Source of the DNA: the human T2T-CHM13v2.0 reference genome, Homo sapiens
Direction: 5' to 3' (one strand)
Length of the DNA stretch: 64,000 nt
Assembly (NCBI RefSeq): GCF_009914755.1
Contig: NC_060925.1
Positions 58,400 to 64,000 of this stretch are shown piece by piece. Under the pieces are notes generated by a model. The model ran no database searches. It was given only the letters and a program-made list of their open reading frames with translations, and was not told the origin of the DNA. The position numbers were made by a program, and so were the translations under genes. The stretch's first letter is position 1. Each line of letters opens with the position of its first letter.

Positions 58400-61380
58400 A
58401 AAAATCAAAATTCAAATTCAAGAAATATTGATTGAATATATACCGTGTTTCAAGTACCATGCTACATCCTCAGCCTTTTCTCTTAACAGTCTTGCTCTGA
58501 GGATACTTCTTAAATTAGAGCCTGATTTTTTCCCCTTCCTCATGTACCTCAAAGTCTGCAGCAGGGCAGGTGGTATCCTTGCTTCCCACTACAACTTTCA
58601 AATTATTTCTCCTTCAGTCCCCTTAACATCTTGCAAATCTGTCACATCACACTTTACTCCTCTAACCCTTATTTGTTGCTGCCGTCTACTCCACCTTCAC
58701 TGACGACTCCTCCACTGCCTCTGTCATCCTGCTGTCTAACTTCAGCATCCGCATAGAGGAGTCATTAGTACTCTAGCCTTTTTTGATCCAGTCATCTTTT
58801 ATTCCGCGCCACCTCAGCCTCCCATCCATATGGTCATAATCTAGACCTTATCATCATCAACAGCAGCACTCTCTTTGAAATCTCCTTTTCAGGCATCCCA
58901 CTCTCTGACTGTTACTTACTCTCTTACTTTAAAACTCACACTCCAACTACTCTCTTAACTTACAAGTCTACAGTCCTTTGACCCTGCCACTTCTTTTCTG
59001 TGTCCATCACATCCTTAATGGCCATACATTCCTCCTTACCCAGCTTAAATTCCATGGTCCTGTCACCACTCTCTTGTGAACACCCCTTACTTCCTGGCTC
59101 CTTTCTTAGGTCCCACTTTCTTGGAAAAACTGCTTTCTAGGTAAACCCAGCTCTTCTCTCTATGCCTGCTCTCAAGCAGCTGAAAATTGCTAGAAAGTAC
59201 CGTTCAGTGAGAACAAGTAGATTCACTTCAAATTTGTGACCATTAATTTCAAAGGGATATTTAATATGCCAGTCATTACTAGTAAATTCACTTTCCCTCT
59301 CTCTGAAAAAAAGAATTTCTCACCTTCTCTTGTCAAAACTCCAACATCCTCTCTCCCCACCCCCTCAGCTGATGAACTCACCAAATACTACACTGAGAAA
59401 ATAGATGTCATCATGCAAGAGCTACATCATGTTTCCACTACCACCGGCCCAGCTGCATCTACACCCACAAACTCTGCCTTCCCTCTTGTTGCACTGAAAG
59501 AAAAGTCTCTTCCATTGGGTTCTAAATCCCAGCTTTGCTACTTGCTGGATATGTATCATTGGGCAAGTTAATTAACTTTTCTGTACCTCAGCTTCCTCAT
59601 CTGTAAAAGAAGATATTAGTAATACCTTCCTCTAAGAGTTGATGTGAGAATGAAATGAGTAAAAAAGCTTTAAATAGTACCTGACTATTTTGGGGTTAGC
59701 TGCTGTTTTACTGCAATAATCATCATTGCCATTGTCCTTAAGACATCATTGCCAACTTCTAAGGTAATTTCTTCCTTTTGGACCCTGACTCCTAGCACTT
59801 CTCACAGTGCTCAAAGACTTTACTCTGCATTTATAACATTCGTCTTTTATACAGTTTCTTCTTCTCTACTGGGTCATTCCCATCAGCATACAAATGTCTT
59901 TTTTTTTTTTTCCTCGAGGGAGGGACTCATTCTGTTGCCCAGGCTGGGGTACAATGGCGTGACCCATGGCTCACTCCAGCCTCCACCTCCTGGGCTCAAG
60001 CAGTTCTCCCACTTCAGCCTCCTGAGCAGCTCCTGAACACAGGCACATTCCACTCCCAGCTAATTTTTAAATTGTTTGTAGAGACAGAGTCTCCCTATGT
60101 TGCCCAGGCTGGTCTTGAACTCCTAGGCTCAAGTGATCCTCCTGCCTCAGCCTCCCAAAGTGCTAGGATTACAGACATGAGCCACTGCACCCAGCCCAAA
60201 ATGTCTTAATATTACTGTTACCTCTGGTGTAGGGAGACTTCTTTGACTTCACATCCTATTTCTCTGTTACCCTTTAGAGCAGAACTCTCAAAAGACTTAC
60301 ACTCACTGCTTCTACTTCCTTACCTCTGATTCTGTCTTCTTTTCACCCTTACCAAGCTTTTGCCATTTCACTTCATGAAATGCTCTTGCCCTTCCACTCC
60401 ACTGAAATGCTCTTGCAAAACGGAAGTCAATGACAAATATCTCGCCAAGTCAAAGGTCATGTCTCCATGGTCATCTTACTTGACCTCTCAACAGTATTTG
60501 ACACAGCTAACTATTCCCTCTTTTTTTTAGTCCACCCAATTCTTATTTTTAAAAATTTCAAATCTATAGAAAAGTTGACAGATGAGTGCAGTAAATATCT
60601 AGAGACCCTTAAATAGATACCACCAATTGTTAACATTTTTCTATATTTGTTTTATATCTATCTATGTACACTCACCAGATTTTAAAACCTATTTGAGAGT
60701 GAATTGCAGATAACATGGTGCTTTACCCCTAAATATTTGAAAATACATCTGCTATAGAAAGGACTTTCTCTTGCATAACCACAATAAAATGATGATACTA
60801 AAAAAAATTTAACATTGATACAGTAGAGTTCAATGTATAGCATATATTCAAATCTCTCCATTTTCCCCCAAAATATTCTTTATAACTTTTTGAATATATG
60901 TTCCAAAGATTATACATTACACCCACTCATCATACCTCTTTGGTTTCCTTTAATCTAGAAAAGCTCCTATCCTTTTTACTGTCTTTGATGACATTTACGT
61001 TTTTAAAAATTAGACTTATTTAGGTATAATGTACATACAATAAAATTCACCAATTTTTTGTATACAATGTAATGAATTTTGACAAAAGTAAACCATTGTG
61101 AAGCCACCATTTCAATCAAGATATAAATGTTGTCACTACTTCAAAAAATTCCCTCATGCTCCTTTCCAGTCGTTCCCCTCCTGTACATTTTTGACATCCC
61201 TTCTTTCTTGAAATATGTTATTTTCTAGGCTTTCATGATACCATGACTTGTCTAGGTTTCCTCCTGTATCTCCTCAGTCAGCTTATCCAGCTTCTCCTCT
61301 TCTGTCAGGATGGAATCTTGTTTGTTATGTTCGCCACTTACCACCATATCCCCAGCCCCTGGAACAGTACCTGGTGTAGG
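58400..61380 (+). mobile_element. Fragmented L2 with nested MIR (about 59510-59720), Alu and L1MC (about 60540-61200)
   Basis: Pyrimidine-rich L2 body (tggtcataatctagacctt, cttacttgacctctcaacagtatttgacacagct). Confidence 0.6.
59899..60196 (-). mobile_element. AluJ
   Basis: ctcctgggctcaagc and ctaggctcaagtgatcctcc J-type. TSD aaatgtctt. Confidence 0.92.
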
Positions 61381-61524
61381 AAACCTTGAAAGATGAGGCA
61401 CTTTCATTTACATTAACTCATGTCATGCTGAGCTGCCAGTTAAGTGCAGGCTAACTGTTCTTTATTCAAATGCTGGGATCATGTGGTGTGAATCCATTGG
61501 TCAAAAAGGAAAGATAAGAAGGAC

Positions 61525-62163
<639 letters not shown>

Positions 62164-64000
62164 TTATTCTCTTTATTTTTTATAGATAATGCCTCAAGAA
62201 AGTAATTCATACCATTTGCACAACCACTATATAGCAGAGCCAAGATTTACATACATTGTATAAAATATCTTCTAATTAATTATATTGTTAATTCAATATT
62301 AAAGACAGATGTGCAAGGATTGAAAATATTTGGGACTCCAAAATTTAAGATAGATTTTATACCATTTTATTCCTACACTATAAGGTGGGAAAGATTCATT
62401 GGGAGCAGTATAACATAATACAGTCATTTGAATTTGATAGGTATATGTTTGTTGAATAAAAGAATAAGTAAGGTAAATGTTATTTGGTGATAACTTTGTG
62501 ACCACTTGAAAATATTTTACTAGTTTAATAATATTTTATATAATTAATAATAGTTAGCAAGCACAGATTAGTCTAATCTTTTCAAGTGTAAAGTAATTAA
62601 AACATATACTAGGCTACCTTTCTACCACATTGAGATTTGGACTTCAGAGTGAATTGAAATTATTAGCCTCCTTTTCAGCAATTGTTCTATAAATAAAACC
62701 ATGCAAAAAGTTGTCCTATAGGAAACTATAATTCTATAGGATTCTTCAAGACCCAGAGATAAATTTCTTTGGCTTATTAGACTTATGGATTTGACAAATT
62801 ATATTATAATTACATAATGTATAATCTGAAGAGTTTAAGTTATGTAGGCACAAAAAGTTTGAGTACCTATTTATTGAAAGAGCAGAGACATTGTGAGGCT
62901 ATCCCTAATATCAGAGTTGTTCATTCTGAGCATATAAGGGTTTGAGAAAGTTGAATAAAATACATTTTCTGTCATTTCTGAGTTTAAAAGTTACATACAA
63001 CTTGGAAACAAAAATGAGTTGTGGAGGTGATCCCTCTCTCTGACTCAAGTGGAGCTTGTAAAATTTTGGAGAGGGTGGCAAAGGATAGAAAGTGAAGACA
63101 GAAATTCAGATTTTATTGAGCAACTGGTTTATGTAATATGCTGGATGGGGATATTTGTAAGATGAATTTGATTTTCCAATTTAAGCACAGTAAATTACAT
63201 TTCCAGGTCAATGTCTGGTCTTAAACTGTAACATATTATGATTATACTTTGTGGTTTTAAGCCATGGAAGAAAGTTTCAGAAATCGCTAAAGAGAGTAGG
63301 ATATGGGTGTGAAATTAATGCCATTTAGAAATCACGTCATATCATCTGTGTTCTCCATGCCAGTTTTATTTTTGTAATTTATTGTTTTTTACTTTGCATT
63401 CTGTTTATTATTTAAATTCCTTTGTTTCATAAGAGAGCTGAAAACAGGTTAGTGAAGCTGCAAGAAAGTAAGTCTTTCTTTGTCTGAGGAAGTTGTCACA
63501 CAAGATTATTGAAATAAAAATAGAATGCTAGGTATGCTTTGAAAAGGCTTTTTTAAAAAAGGATTGCATGGTTGGTGGAACAGTGGATGATGGACTAAAA
63601 GCTACTGATTTCTTTTTTTTAAAGGATTTTGGAAGTTCTACTAGTAGTTACTGTAAGCTAACATTTCCTGCTTTCAAATTATTTCTACTTATGTTGTGGT
63701 AAAACTGTTCATTTCCTTTCTTTCACTCTTGGTAAATAATTGAACAAGATAGAGCATAGAAAAGGGGGTTTTTAATTTGATTTTTTAGTGATATGTTTGT
63801 TTTTTAATGGTAGATAGCTAAACTTTGTAGATATCTTTCATAGGGGAATGAATTCTATGAACAAGCCATCAGCAGATATGTTTCATAATTTGGCCAACAT
63901 GTTCATTGATTTGTTTTTACTGTTTCCCTTCCCTTCTGTGTGCCAGGTACCTGTTTGTGTGGTACATGTGTAATAAAAATAAACAACTGTTTATAACTGT

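Overview
Primate (human-like) AT-rich genomic DNA from the 3' half of ATF6 on the + strand. Three coding exons of the ER-luminal domain are present: 4496-4566, 7488-7602 and 56570-56654, which correspond to exons 13-15 of the remembered 16-exon model. They are separated by a 2.9-kb and a 49-kb intron full of Alu, L1, L2, MIR, LTR and DNA-transposon fossils. The standout feature lies inside the 49-kb intron on the same strand: an intronless, full-length PSME3 (PA28gamma/REGgamma)-like reading frame at 35227-35967. It is only about 55-65% identical to PSME3 by manual alignment to the remembered protein. It has no frameshift and just one TGG>TAG stop. It also carries its own CpG-rich promoter-like region, a strong Kozak context, a possible 5'-UTR intron and a poly(A) signal. 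This pattern fits an old, long-functional retrogene (an NLS-less 11S proteasome-activator paralogue) inactivated relatively recently, rather than an ordinary dead-on-arrival processed pseudogene. Other points of interest are a NAGNAG acceptor at exon 14, an in-frame L2-derived candidate cassette exon, closely spaced inverted Alu pairs and recent tandem duplications. Repeat boundaries and subfamily names are by-eye estimates.
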